Shown: positions 41,148 to 52,059 of the stretch, piece by piece | Numbering within the stretch: position 1 is the first letter of the stretch | Layout: every line of letters begins with the position of its first letter | NCBI GenBank assembly: GCA_963719315.1 | Contig: CAVRBU010000001.1 | Location: 384,001 to 448,000 of the forward strand | From: an uncultured Planctomycetota bacterium | Lineage (GTDB): Bacteria; Planctomycetota; Planctomycetia; Pirellulales; Lacipirellulaceae | Direction of reading: 5' to 3' | Length of the DNA stretch: 64,000 nt | The notes under the pieces: model-generated | What the model saw: the letters and a program-made list of their open reading frames with translations, nothing else | Databases searched by the model: none | Told to the model about the DNA's origin: nothing | Position numbers and translations under genes: made by a program

Positions 41148-44139
41148 ATGAGCGCTCGCCTAGCTCTTCTGCTTCGATGGGGAGATTTGGCCATCGTCGG
41201 TCTTCTTGCCTTTTTGACAATCAGCAATTCGCCGTTCGAGACTTGCGCCGCCGATGCGCCTGCGGCGAAGTCGTGGCGCGTCGAAGGCCGCGTCACCGAC
41301 GATCAGGGTAAGCCGGTCGCCGGCATCGAGGTCTTTGCCAACGACCTGCCCTACCTGCGGTTGGCCAAACAACCGATGACTCGCTCCGATCGCGAGGGGC
41401 GATATGTCTTGGAAGTCGCCGGACGCCTGAACGGTCGGATGATTCGTGCCAGCCAACAAGATGGCCGGCAACAAGCTTCAAAACAGCTTCCGTACGAGGT
41501 TGAGAAAGACACTTCAGTGCCTCCGCTCGACCTGGTTGTGCGGCAAGCGCGCGAAATGGATTGCACGGTTGTGGATACAAACGGCCATGTAGTCGCCGGC
41601 GCTACGGTCCTCGTCACCGGTGGCTATGAGCAATTCGCACTTGCGTCGACCGATGAACAAGGTTGCGCCACTTTGCGTGTGCCGGCCGATCTTCCGTTGC
41701 AAGCGGTCGTGGCGTTCAAGCCGGAAATTGGATTGGACTACTGGTTGTTCCGCGCCCCCAAAGAGCCTAAGAGCAATCCCTATAAACTGGCGGCAGATTA
41801 CGCTGCGCCGCTTCAATTCGTCCTCAACGGCACGCGCAACGTAACAGTTCGCGTTGTGGACGATCGCGACCAGCCATTGGCCAACGCGAAGGTTTACCCC
41901 TGGCTGCTGGAAAAACCCAACAAGGGGGACCAGCGCGACCAATTGAATCTCTCGGGGCTGACTGGCTTTTCGCGGCAAACCGACGACCGCGGCGTAGCAA
42001 CATTCGACTACATCCCAAGTGATAACACGCGACCGATCAATTTCTGGGCGAGAGTTGAAGGATTCTTCTCGCCCGAGCGCCACATTTACGACCCGGTATC
42101 CGGCGTCTCGGAGCTTGTGGCCAAGCTCGTGCCGCTCGTAAGTGTGGCTGGCCGAGTGGAGTTTGCCGACGGCCGACCGGCGGCAGAGATTGAAGTCCAG
42201 GCCTCCGGCGCTGGATATGGCATGGACCAATTCCGGGAATCGACCCGCACCGATACCTCGGGCCACTTTACGTTCCGAGTCTATCCCGATCAGTTCTACT
42301 CCTTTGCCGCGGGCAATCGTCAGGCGGCTTCTCCGGGGCTTTACCAAGTCGTGCGCAGGTAAGCTAGTCGAGGGTTTGAAGCTAGTTTTACAGCCGACCA
42401 CGCGCGTCCATGGCCAAATAACCGTCGGTCCAAAACGCACAGCGATGAATGGTTTGTACGTTCAGCTTTACCCGAAGATGTCCAATGCATACTACGATTT
42501 GCCGGAGGACGAGCGGCTGCCGAATCCCAAGAATAGCCACATCTACATCTCCCCGCAGATTGTAAAAACCGCGACGACCGATAGCTTAGGTCACTTCGAA
42601 TTCTTCGTCATTCCAGGTCCGTATTATCTTATCGGACCTCGAAACATGGAGCCCACGACGATTGAAGTCTTCGACCAGAAAGAACTCGAAGTCAATCTTC
42701 ATTCCGAACGGCCGGAGAGAGTCGCAGTCTCCGGTCGAGTTGTCCTGCGCGATGATCCAAAGCAGGGTGTGCCTGAAGCCAAGGTTAGCGGCGAAGCAAC
42801 CGATTCGTTTGCCGGTCGCGGCCTCGAAGCCGTCAGCGATGCCGATGGACGATTTCATGCCGAACGCAGCCCATCCAACATGGTCGTCTATGCCGCAATG
42901 AAAGGGAGCAAACTTGCCGGCATCGTGACGATCGGCCCCGACGATTCTGATATCGTGATTCCTGTCGCCCCGACCTCTTCTGCCCACGGCCGGCTGATCG
43001 ACCAGGAATTAGGCCAGCCGATTGCCGATCGGCAGATCGACTTCGGCATCCACATCCAGTACTCGGATAAAATGTTTGGCACACGGTTCGGTGGATCAGT
43101 CAACACAGACGCGAATGGCGAGTTTACCGCGTCGCAGCTCGTGGTCGGGCACGAATCGGAGTTCAACGCCGTTATCGAGACAGGAGGTGATGGTCGGCCC
43201 AACTCTTGGCTAACGGTCGCTAAGGCGTCTCCAACCACCGCCGAGATCGTTGAGCTTGGTGACTTAAAACTTCCGCGGCCATATCGGCCCCCAACAACGG
43301 AAGAGAAGGTCGCCAAAGCATTTGCCGACTCGCGCACGCTCGAACAACGCGTCGAATCGCGGCTCCGCGATGCCCGGCACGCTTACCAGCGAGTTTTGCT
43401 GGTGATCGGCGATCCGGCCAGTCCACTCGTGCAACGTTTTTACGAGTTGGAGTACGACAGCGGGCTGGGCGGCGCCGCCTACAACTATCAGTTCGTGCCC
43501 GTCAGCACGGTTGACGCGGAGCAAAAGGCGTCCTGCCAAAAATACCTCTCCGGAATTGGCGTTGCCTGGCCGGAAGAAAACGGCGCTGTTCTGGCCGTGC
43601 TCGATGAGCAAGGCGTGCTTGTCGATCAGACGCCGTTCGTCGAGTTGCTCACGGACCGAGCCGTCGACACAGCGAAAGTGGCCGCGTTCCTCAACTCCCA
43701 TGCACCCGAGCTTCCCGATGCCGAGGTGCTCCTGGCCGATGCCCTCTCCCAAGCCAAGCGCGATGGCAAGCGCGTCTTCGTGCAAGTCAGCGGCCCACGT
43801 TGCGGCTGGTGTTTCGTGCTTTCGCGGTTCCTGGATGCCCACCACGACCTCGTCAACAAGGAATTTGTGTACCTGAAACTCGACGATCGTCTGAAGAACG
43901 GCCCGGCCGCAATCAAGCGACTCCGGCCGGACGCAAAGGGCGGCATACCATGGATGGTCTTCCTGGACGACGCCGGCAATCCGCTCATCACGAGCGACGG
44001 CCCCACCGGCAATATCGGCTACCCTGGCGAGCCAGAAGGCCGCGTCCAATTCGAGAAAATGCTGCGGTCTTCGCCCAAGCATATAACAGACGAAGAGATC
44101 AAGTCGCTGATCGACGCGCTGGAGAAAAACAAGATTTAA
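41148..44139 (+). CDS. Secreted multi carboxypeptidase-regulatory-like domain protein with C-terminal thioredoxin; apparent frameshift ~42356
   Basis: Repeated GRV.D..G.P..G/TD..G.F units; CGWC and GGIPW in the C-terminal domain. Confidence 0.8.
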
Positions 44140-44176
44140 AATCTCAGATGTAGCGGCTCGCTTCCACCCACCGAAA

Positions 44177-45723
44177 TTAACGATCGTCCGCCCGCTGCTG
44201 AGTAATCTCAATCGCCTTGAGCAATCCGCGCGCCTTGCTGAGCGTTTCCTCGTACTCCCGTTCGGGCACGCTGTCGGCGACGATTCCGGCGCCTGCCTGG
44301 ATATACGCCGTGCCGTCGTGGATGACGATCGTGCGTAGTGCGATGCACGTGTCCATATTCCCGGCAAAGTCGATGTAGCCGACGGCGCCTCCGTACGGCC
44401 CGCGGCGGTGTGGCTCCACTTCGTCGATGATTTCCATGGCGCGGACCTTCGCGCGCCGGACACCGTGCCCGCCGGCAGGCAAGCGGCTAGTGCGTCGAAC
44501 GCATCGCGGTCGTCCGTAAGCTGGCCATTCACGTTGGAAGTGATGTGCATTACGTGACTGTAGCGCTCGATCACCATGACATCGGAAAGCTCGACCGAGC
44601 CGAACTGCGCGACACGGCCCACGTCGTTGCGGCCCAGGTCCACCAGCATCACATGTTCGGCCCGTTCCTTGGGATCGGCGAGCAACTCTTCGGCCAGTCG
44701 CTCGTCTTCCTCCTCGGTGCGGCCGCGGCGGCGAGTGCCTGCCAGTGGTCGAACCGTCACCTTACCCTCGACTACGCGCACTAGAATCTCCGGCGAGCTC
44801 CCCACCAGCGTACACTTCGGCGTCCGCAGAAAGAACATGAACGGGCTGGGATTCACCACTCGTAACGTGCGATAGACCTCAAACGGATCGACCTCCAGCG
44901 GCACTGCCAGCCGCTGACTGATAACGACTTGAAAGATGTCGCCCGCGCGAATGTATTCGACGCACTTGCGGACCGCAGCCTCAAACTGCGGCTGGGTGAA
45001 ATTCGATTGGTACGCCAGTCCATGTTCGCCGCTGGCATCGATGTCCGTGGGCATCAGCGAATCCGTCGGCGTCGATAACTTCGCGACCAACCGATCCACT
45101 CGCCGACACGCATCATCATAGGCCGCCTTAGCTCGATCATCGCCCTTCGCCTCTCGCCCCTCACCCACCTTCGCCAGCACAACCACGATGACTGTCTTCT
45201 GCACGTTGTCAAACACGACCATGTGATCGTAAAACGCGAACGACAAATCAGGCAGTTGGCGGTCATCCTCCGGCGGATTCGGTAGATTCTCTACATAGCG
45301 AACCGTATCGTAGCCCGCGTACCCCACCGCACCTCCGACAAATGGCGGTAATTCCGGCAACTTTGCTACTCGCAGTTCGTTGACGGCATCTCGCAGCACG
45401 GTCATCGGATTGAGGTTGGCGTCGAAGGCTGGCGCCGTTAGGTCTCGATGTTGATCCACTTGTGGATCTTGAAAGTCGGCTACCGAGATCGTATTGCCAC
45501 GGGCCTCGATGATCTTGAGCGGCTCGGCTGCGAGAAAGCTATAACGCCCGACCTTCTCGCCGCCGATGACGCTTTCGAACAAGCAAGCACTACCGCCGTC
45601 GTCGATTTTGTGAAACGCGCTCACTGGCGTCAGCACATCGCTCAACACGCGGCGATAAACGGGCACGTAATCGGCCGTGCCAGCAAGTTTGGTGAACGTC
45701 GCAAAGTCTGGATAATGTGGCAT
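44177..45723 (-). CDS. trpE: Anthranilate synthase component I; apparent frameshift ~44452
   Basis: [52 protein letters not shown](P)[18 protein letters not shown]. Confidence 0.95.
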
Positions 45724-45884
45724 TAACTGATTTCTTCCGCTCGATTCGCCGGCATAATTAGCACGAATTACTCTGACGGCCACGCCATCGTACCACGCCT
45801 CCACCAGGCGCGGCGAGACGCACAAGCGACCTATCTTCTGAAGGCGCAATACGTTACCCCGCACGGCACGAGTGCCGCTTCGTC

Positions 45885-45912
45885 TTGACACTAGGGTCAC
45901 CCCAGCTAGAAT
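45885..45912 (+). promoter_or_regulatory. Sigma-70-like promoter for mcsA
   Basis: TTGACA-N16-TAGAAT. Confidence 0.55.
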
Positions 45913-46039
45913 CCCTCTAGTCACGTTGCCGGCAGCCTCTCGACGCTCGTTGGTTGCACAATTCGACGCGCTCGACGATGCTCGAAGTAAGTGCGCTGAG
46001 GTCGAGAATGGTTCGCGCGACGGCGGGAAGCGATCACCC

Positions 46040-46561
46040 ATGAAATGTCAAAAGTGCGATAAGCAGGCCACGTTCCACATCACCGATTTGGTGGACGGCA
46101 AGCCGAATGAACTTCACTTGTGTGAAGAGTGCGCGACGAAGTTCCTCGCTCCCTCCTCGGACGATGCGAATGAAGTGCTGCCGGCCATGGCGGGGCTGCT
46201 CGCACAGCACCTGGCCGTCGGCGAAACGGCAGAAGAGCTCGCCCGCCTCGACCAACGCTCCTGCCCGGTGTGCGGCGTCACGTTTTTGGAATTCCGCAAG
46301 CAAGGCCGGCTCGGCTGCCCACACGATTACATCGGCTTCGCCGCCGAATTGGAGCCGCTGCTGCTGAATATCCACGGCGAAACGCGTCACGTCGGCAAGG
46401 TGCCGAAATTCTGCGCCAGCGGCGCAGAGCAGCAAACGCAATTGATCCGCCTCCGCCGCGAAATGAAAGACGCCATCGCCGCCGAGGAATACGAACAAGC
46501 TTCTAAGCTGCGCGACGAAATTCGAAACATCGAGCAGGCGCGGGATAAGACAAAGGAATGA
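46040..46561 (+). CDS. mcsA: McsA (CxxC and UvrB/C motif) arginine kinase activator
   Basis: CQKC, LCEECA, CPVCG, GRLGCPHDY, HVGKVP, EEYEQASKLRDEI. Confidence 0.92.
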   Translation: MKCQKCDKQATFHITDLVDGKPNELHLCEECATKFLAPSSDDANEVLPAMAGLLAQHLAVGETAEELARLDQRSCPVCGVTFLEFRKQGRLGCPHDYIGFAAELEPLLLNIHGETRHVGKVPKFCASGAEQQTQLIRLRREMKDAIAAEEYEQASKLRDEIRNIEQARDKTKE

Positions 46562-46588
46562 TGAAAGCGGTTTGGCCGTAGTTGTGGG

Positions 46589-46649
46589 AACGCTAATCTT
46601 CGCTAATCAACACTAATGAGATTAGCGAAAATCAAAGAAGATTAGTGTT
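46589..46649. repeat. 10-bp-period inverted repeat array between mcsA and mcsB
   Basis: CGCTAATCTT CGCTAATCAA CACTAATGAG / ATTAGCGAAA .. ATTAGTGTT. Confidence 0.7.
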
Positions 46650-46709
46650 CTGATTGGTTTCCTCGCATTCTACTGGATCAGAGAAGCTACAAGTGCCTTC
46701 GATTTCGAC

Positions 46710-47810
46710 ATGGACTTTTTCAACCTCAATCTACAAGAGCTAGCTCAAACCAGCGGCGAGTGGCTGCGCGGTTCGGGGCCCGAGTCGGATATTGTCATCA
46801 GCAGTCGCATCCGGCTCGCTCGCAATCTCGCAGATTTCCCGTTCATTTCGCGGGCCACCGATACCGACCGCGCCGAAATCGGCAAAATACTCCGCACTCG
46901 CATCGAAAAACTGCATAAGCTCGGCAAATTCACCGGCCAATTGGTATACGTCGATGTCAGCGCACTCGAAGCCGTCGATCGCCAATTTCTCGTCGAGCGC
47001 CAACTCATCAGCCGCGAACATGCCGATGCCGAGGGCGCCCGGGCAGTCCTCATCGACCAGCGCGAACAGATGAGCGTAATGATTAACGAGGAGGATCATT
47101 TGCGGATTCAAGTTCTCAAGAGCGGCCTCGATTTGGAAGCCGCTTGGGAACAAATCAACGAATTAGATGACTTGATCGAGGCCCGCGTCACCTACGCCTA
47201 TAACAACCGCTTCGGCTACCTCACAGCCTGCCCCACGAACGTCGGCACCGGCCTGCGAGTGAGTGTGATGCTGCATCTTCCCGCTCTGGTCATCACGAGG
47301 CAGATCGACAAAGTCTTCCGCAGCCTGCAAAAGATCAACCTCGCCGTCCGCGGCCTGTACGGCGAAGGCTCGCAAGCCCAGGGCGACTTCTACCAGGTCA
47401 GCAATCAAGTCACACTTGGCCAAAGTGAGGAAGAGCTCACCAAGAAAGTGGGCGATGTCGTGCCCGTGCTGATCGACTACGAGCGCAAGGCCCGCGATTT
47501 CCTCATCCGCGAAAGCCAGGAAACGCTCCACGACCGCGTCAGCCGGGCCTACGGTATCCTCCGCACGGCGCAAACGATCAGCTCCGAAGAAACGATGCAC
47601 CTGCTCTCCAGCCTGCGGATGGGCGTAAACTTAGGCCTCATTCGCGACGTCGAGATTCCCACCGTCAACAAGCTGTTCGTCCACACGCAGCCGGCTCATT
47701 TGCAGAAACTGACCGGCATGGAGCTCGACTCCTCCGACCGCAACATCGAACGGGCCGCCTATCTCCGCCGCCACCTCAGCAGCGACGGGCCGGGTGCTGG
47801 GCATAATTGA
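46710..47810 (+). CDS. mcsB: Protein arginine kinase
   Basis: SSRIRLARN, MINEEDHLRIQ, GYLTACPTNVGTG, VRGLYGEGS. Confidence 0.95.
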   Translation: MDFFNLNLQELAQTSGEWLRGSGPESDIVISSRIRLARNLADFPFISRATDTDRAEIGKILRTRIEKLHKLGKFTGQLVYVDVSALEAVDRQFLVERQLISREHADAEGARAVLIDQREQMSVMINEEDHLRIQVLKSGLDLEAAWEQINELDDLIEARVTYAYNNRFGYLTACPTNVGTGLRVSVMLHLPALVITRQIDKVFRSLQKINLAVRGLYGEGSQAQGDFYQVSNQVTLGQSEEELTKKVGDVVPVLIDYERKARDFLIRESQETLHDRVSRAYGILRTAQTISSEETMHLLSSLRMGVNLGLIRDVEIPTVNKLFVHTQPAHLQKLTGMELDSSDRNIERAAYLRRHLSSDGPGAGHN

Positions 47811-47940
47811 GCCCCACCTAAATCGTCGTGATGTGGTTGCGAGTCTTTCATGCGTTGATATAATCCAACGGTAGAGGCGCCGTGGGTTTCTTGCGCATCT
47901 GCTAATTTGAGCGGTCTGATCAAATTGAAACGACGTTAAA

Positions 47941-48666
47941 ATGGCCTCGTTCAAGACCATAGCGATATTTTGCTTTGCTTTCTCATTGGTTTCGCCCGCA
48001 TTCGCGGATGTTGTACCCCTCTTAAAACTTGACCCCGCGGTTGAAGGAACCTTCGTCGAGCCGAGCAATAATAAGACCTGGGGATACTCCTTTTACGTCA
48101 CATCTCCAATTCGAGTAACCCATCTAGCGTGGAATGATACGGGGCGTGATGGGCTTTCTCATTCTCATCAAGTCGGTATTTGGAAAGACACGTCCGGAAT
48201 TACCCAAGCCAACTGGTCGGGTACGCCCTTTCCCAATCCCAATGGCGGCTTGCTCGTAACGTCGACGACTATTCCGGCCGGAACAAGTGCAGAATTGAGC
48301 GGGCCGTGGCGACGTGTTGCGATCAATCCAGTGATCCTTGGCGTAGGTGGGTATTCAATCGGTGGTCAGAACAACTCACAGTCGCTAGACAATATGGTCT
48401 ATAAGCTGTTCGGAAGTATCCCGACCTCTGACCCGTCACTGATAGACCCTCGTGTTCTTACTGGGTCGTTTACCGACAACACATCCGGGGCGGATGGTTT
48501 TTACGCACCCGGAACACAAAATTCAGGTTGGTACTTGGCTTTTGGTGCCGAACTTGGGGCAATGTTGTTCTTAGAGTCTGTTCCGGAACCTAGCAGTTTG
48601 CTCTCGATCACGATCGCCGCAGGAACATTGATTTGCATGCGCCGGCCAAAAACGATGCGGTGCTAA
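47941..48666 (+). CDS. PEP-CTERM surface protein
   Basis: Signal peptide; VPEPSSLL+TM+RRPK; more AT-rich than neighbours. Confidence 0.85.
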   Translation: MASFKTIAIFCFAFSLVSPAFADVVPLLKLDPAVEGTFVEPSNNKTWGYSFYVTSPIRVTHLAWNDTGRDGLSHSHQVGIWKDTSGITQANWSGTPFPNPNGGLLVTSTTIPAGTSAELSGPWRRVAINPVILGVGGYSIGGQNNSQSLDNMVYKLFGSIPTSDPSLIDPRVLTGSFTDNTSGADGFYAPGTQNSGWYLAFGAELGAMLFLESVPEPSSLLSITIAAGTLICMRRPKTMRC

Positions 48667-48734
48667 TCCTCCGCCCGGCTCCCATCGCCACACATCCGCA
48701 CGATTTCCAGATCAAACCGGGCGACGGTATCGAC
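48663..48734 (-). repeat. Diverged duplicate of the rtcB 3' end
   Basis: Translates VDTVARFDLEIVRMCGDGSRAED* versus rtcB VETVARFDPKIVKMCGDGSRAED*; a 25-nt stretch is identical. Confidence 0.9.
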
Positions 48735-48763
48735 CGCCACAGTTGGGATTCATCGCGGTCGTT

Positions 48764-49079
48764 TCAGACATTCTTCCGTACCTCAAAGGTTCGCTCCGGC
48801 ATCGCTGGCACAGGGTAACGGCCTAGCTTGATGTTCCAGTACGCCCAGGAGCGCGTCGAAGATACCTGGCGGAGCGGCGTCGACTGCGGCCCGCAAATCG
48901 TCCTCCGACCAAGACTCGCGGATTACGGCTACGTCGCGATACGTGCCGTACGTCATCATGTAGGCCACAAATCGACCCGGGTTCGCAATCGCCAGTTGCG
49001 GCGTTTCGAACCAAATCACACGCCGGGCGATCGCTTCGATTTCCGGAGTTAGAGGCAATGGTTTTATTGGGTGGCTCAA
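48764..49079 (-). CDS. Small hypothetical protein, putative antitoxin; apparent frameshift ~48852
   Basis: IARRVIWFE.P...YMMTYG; restoring GC gives PPGIFDARSWAYWNIKLG...V*. Confidence 0.7.
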
Positions 49080-49086
49080 TTTTATA

Positions 49087-49752
49087 TCAGCTTTGTCCGC
49101 TGGCGCGTCGTACTTCAGGCAACTCGTCGAGTCGCACCGCTTTGACCGCTGCGGTGAGCCGATTCTGCATTGCGATCGGTAGGTTTGTCAGATTGCCGTC
49201 GCCGAAAAAGCACAAGCCTTTAAGTGTGAGTTCCGGATTGAACGAATTGCCGTAAATTGCCTTGGCTGCCGACAACGCTGTCGGCAAATCGACCGAGCCT
49301 TGTCCAATTATCGTATCCAAATCGATGTAGTCTTTTGCCTCCGCACGCTTTTGGACAACAGCTGCTTTCATGCCCGCCAGGTCGATTAAGGATGCGACCT
49401 GAACTTTATTGTCGCGAGCAACAAGCGGCGGATGAATTAACCGCAGCGCCGGTGTACCGAAAAACGAAACCTGAACCAACCCCTCCCGGTCAACGCAGCA
49501 CTTAAGAGTGTTCGCCGCCTTCTGGATTGTTTCACTCTGCTTGAGAAACGAGATCGAATCGTAGAGTTGGTCTGGATCGAATTCGACCATGGAAATAAAG
49601 TCAAAATCCAGGGACGCGCGATGACCGAGTTGCAACGCAATCGCCGTGCCGCCACAAAGCACAAATGCCCGCGGCACTTCGTCCAATTCACCCCAGAGCC
49701 GCCGCTGTTCGTCCGGCAGCACGGACAGATTTGGCTCGAATTCGATGGCCAT
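49087..49752 (-). CDS. AbiEii/AbiGii-family nucleotidyltransferase toxin
   Basis: FVLCGGTAIALQLGHRASLDFDF, MKAAVVQKRAEAKDYIDL. Confidence 0.9.
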   Translation of the reverse strand: MAIEFEPNLSVLPDEQRRLWGELDEVPRAFVLCGGTAIALQLGHRASLDFDFISMVEFDPDQLYDSISFLKQSETIQKAANTLKCCVDREGLVQVSFFGTPALRLIHPPLVARDNKVQVASLIDLAGMKAAVVQKRAEAKDYIDLDTIIGQGSVDLPTALSAAKAIYGNSFNPELTLKGLCFFGDGNLTNLPIAMQNRLTAAVKAVRLDELPEVRRASGQS

Positions 49753-49810
49753 CGCGATCGCTCCGTTTAACTTCCATTTTAGCAGATCGCGATCGACTCT
49801 GCAGAGTTGC

Positions 49811-51209
49811 TCAATCCTCCGCCCGGCTCCCATCGCCGCACATTTTCACGATCTTCGGATCGAATCGGGCCACCGTTTCGACTAGGTCCTCCTGAGCCGC
49901 CATCACTTCGTGGATGTCCTTGTACACGCCCGGAACTTCATCGGACCCGGCGGCCAGCACGTGAATGCCGCGCTGCTCAAGATCCTTGCGCACCGCCTGA
50001 ATTCGGTACATGTCGTTCGCTTTCTTGCGCGACATCCGTCGGCCCGCGCCGTGCGCCGCCGAGTTGAAGCTTTGCGGATTGCCAAGCCCGCGAACCACAA
50101 ACGCCGGGTCGGCCATCGTACCCGGAATCACGCCCAAAACGCCCGGCCCCGGCCGGCGTCGCGCCTTTGCGATGCACGACCAACTCGCGGCCTTGGTGCC
50201 GTTCTTTCCAGGCAAAGTTGTGATGATTTTCGACGCCGGCGATGATCTCCGCTCCCAGCAGCTTCGTCACCATTCGATGAATTACCGCATGGTTTGCCGC
50301 GGCGTACTCGCCCATGAGGTTCATCGCCTGCCAGTATTCCTGGCCGGGCTCGCTCTCTAGATCGAGCCACGCCAACCGACCCAGATCCTTATAACGGCGC
50401 GGTAGGGCGACCTGTGCGATGGCGCTGTACGTGCTGCAAACCGCGGCTCCCGCCCCGCGGCTGCCGCTGTGGCTGAGGATTGCCACGTACTCGCCCACCT
50501 TAAGGCCAAGCTGCTTGTCGTCTTGTGCGAGCGAAAGCACGCCAACGTCCACGAAGTGGTTGCCCGAGCCGCTCGTGCCGAGTTGCCGCCAGGCAGTATC
50601 TTTTCTCTCGCGCGTGATCCGCGTCACGCCCCAATCGCGGTCCATCACTTCGTGCGATTGGGCCGGGCGATGTTCGACACCCACGCCAAACCGCGTGCCG
50701 CCATTTAGCGCTTCCTTGTAGCGGTTGAAGTCCTTGGTCAGCGATTCGATCGGCTGATCCAGCACCGAGAGTTTCATCCGGCACGCGATATCGACGCCGA
50801 CCGCGTACGGAATCACGGCGATTTCGCAGGCCAAAACACCGCCGATCGGAAGTCCATAACCAATGTGCGCATCCGGCATGAGAGCAGCACCGACGGCGCT
50901 CGGCACCTGGCACGCAATCCGCATTTGCTCGTGGGCGCCCGTATCGATGTCGGTTCCCCACGTGCGATAACCGATAGGCTCCCGCGCGACGGGCGTTGCC
51001 TGGGCGATCAGCTCGCGGGCGAATTCGCCCCAAATCGGGTCTCTCTCGTGGGTCCGAGGGTTTTCCACGACCGTGGCCACAAGCTGCCGTGCCCGCTTCC
51101 CCTTCAGCCCCATGCCCGTCCCCTGCTCCGCAGCGCGCGACAGGGCCTGGATCGCCGCCTTGGTGCAATCCGGTGGCACACCAAGTTTTTGAAGCTGTTT
51201 GCGGTTCAT
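49811..51209 (-). CDS. rtcB: RtcB RNA ligase; apparent frameshift ~50148
   Basis: MPDAHIGYGLPIGG, VGVDIACRM, GTSGSGNHF, HSGSRG, HHNFA, HRKGATPA, PGTMA, AHGAGR. Confidence 0.95.
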
Positions 51210-51454
51210 CGCAACATCCGTCTCCCAGCGCAGCCCCATCATCAACCACTTTAGCGGCCGCCCCCAGGCGGCTGCGACCGGCAACCGCCCCACCCCGCCA
51301 AACCGTCCAAAACGCCCGGGGAAACTCCCGCACCCTCCCGGATTGAACCAAGATCACCCGAACCTTCGGCCGGTTCACGAAGTCCTATGAAAAGTTGGAG
51401 AAATTCGGCCAATTATTAGGTAGCTGGGCCAATTCCTCCGATTATAATGATAGG

Positions 51455-51756
51455 CGACGGGTCGTGCTGACGCAGCACGACGGACTAGAGGGCGACGCTG
51501 ATCTGTCTCAGTTTTGGCTTTCTAGATCGGCTTTGCCATGGCAACTAGTAGGAAGGAGGTGGTTCTTTGTACGACTCATGTTCTAACAGCCAACGAGGTG
51601 GTTTAACCTGAGTTTTGGCCGGCGGGTCGCCTCAGGCGGCCACCACCTGCTTCTGAGTTCGCCGTTTTGGCTTGCTGCAGCAACTCCAAGCCGGCTCGTT
51701 CTCAAAGCAACTAATAGAGCCCGGCTCCCACATGGTGGGAGCCGGGCCTCTTTATT
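51455..51756 (+). ncRNA. Candidate structured RNA or small-ORF transcript
   Basis: TATAAT at 51443-51448; hairpins; GAAGGAGGTG and a second GAGGTGG; strong terminator-like hairpin; no long credible ORF. Confidence 0.4.
51717..51756 (+). terminator. Intrinsic terminator
   Basis: GCCCGGCTCCCAC-ATG-GTGGGAGCCGGGC followed by CTCTTTATT. Confidence 0.7.
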
Positions 51757-52059
51757 GGGCGCATATCCGCGCTCATCCTCTGCGGCTTCGCTGCGGTTTT
51801 CTCGTTGCCGCGTGGAACTCGAGGCAGCGCAATCCGCACGATCGGTCCAAGCCGACCTAATCGAGGTTTAGCCCTTGTATCGAATCAAAAACGATATCTT
51901 GCCGCGGAGGAATTAATTGACATGTACCGACCAAAAACTACGTTTTCAAGAATACGACAAGTGAAACTTTGACGAGCCAAAACCGAGAATCACTGTGACA
52001 CATGTTTCGTGACCGACCCTTAATTGCCGGTTTTCAACCACGCTAACGAGATTGACACC

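Noticed and set aside
43264..46041. 925-aa ORF as a giant TrpE fusion
   Set aside because: Artefact of the ~44452 frameshift reading into the antisense of the neighbouring gene, plus an over-extended start.
48663..48734. rtcB duplicate as a DGR template repeat
   Set aside because: Differences are not confined to adenines and many are synonymous third-position changes.
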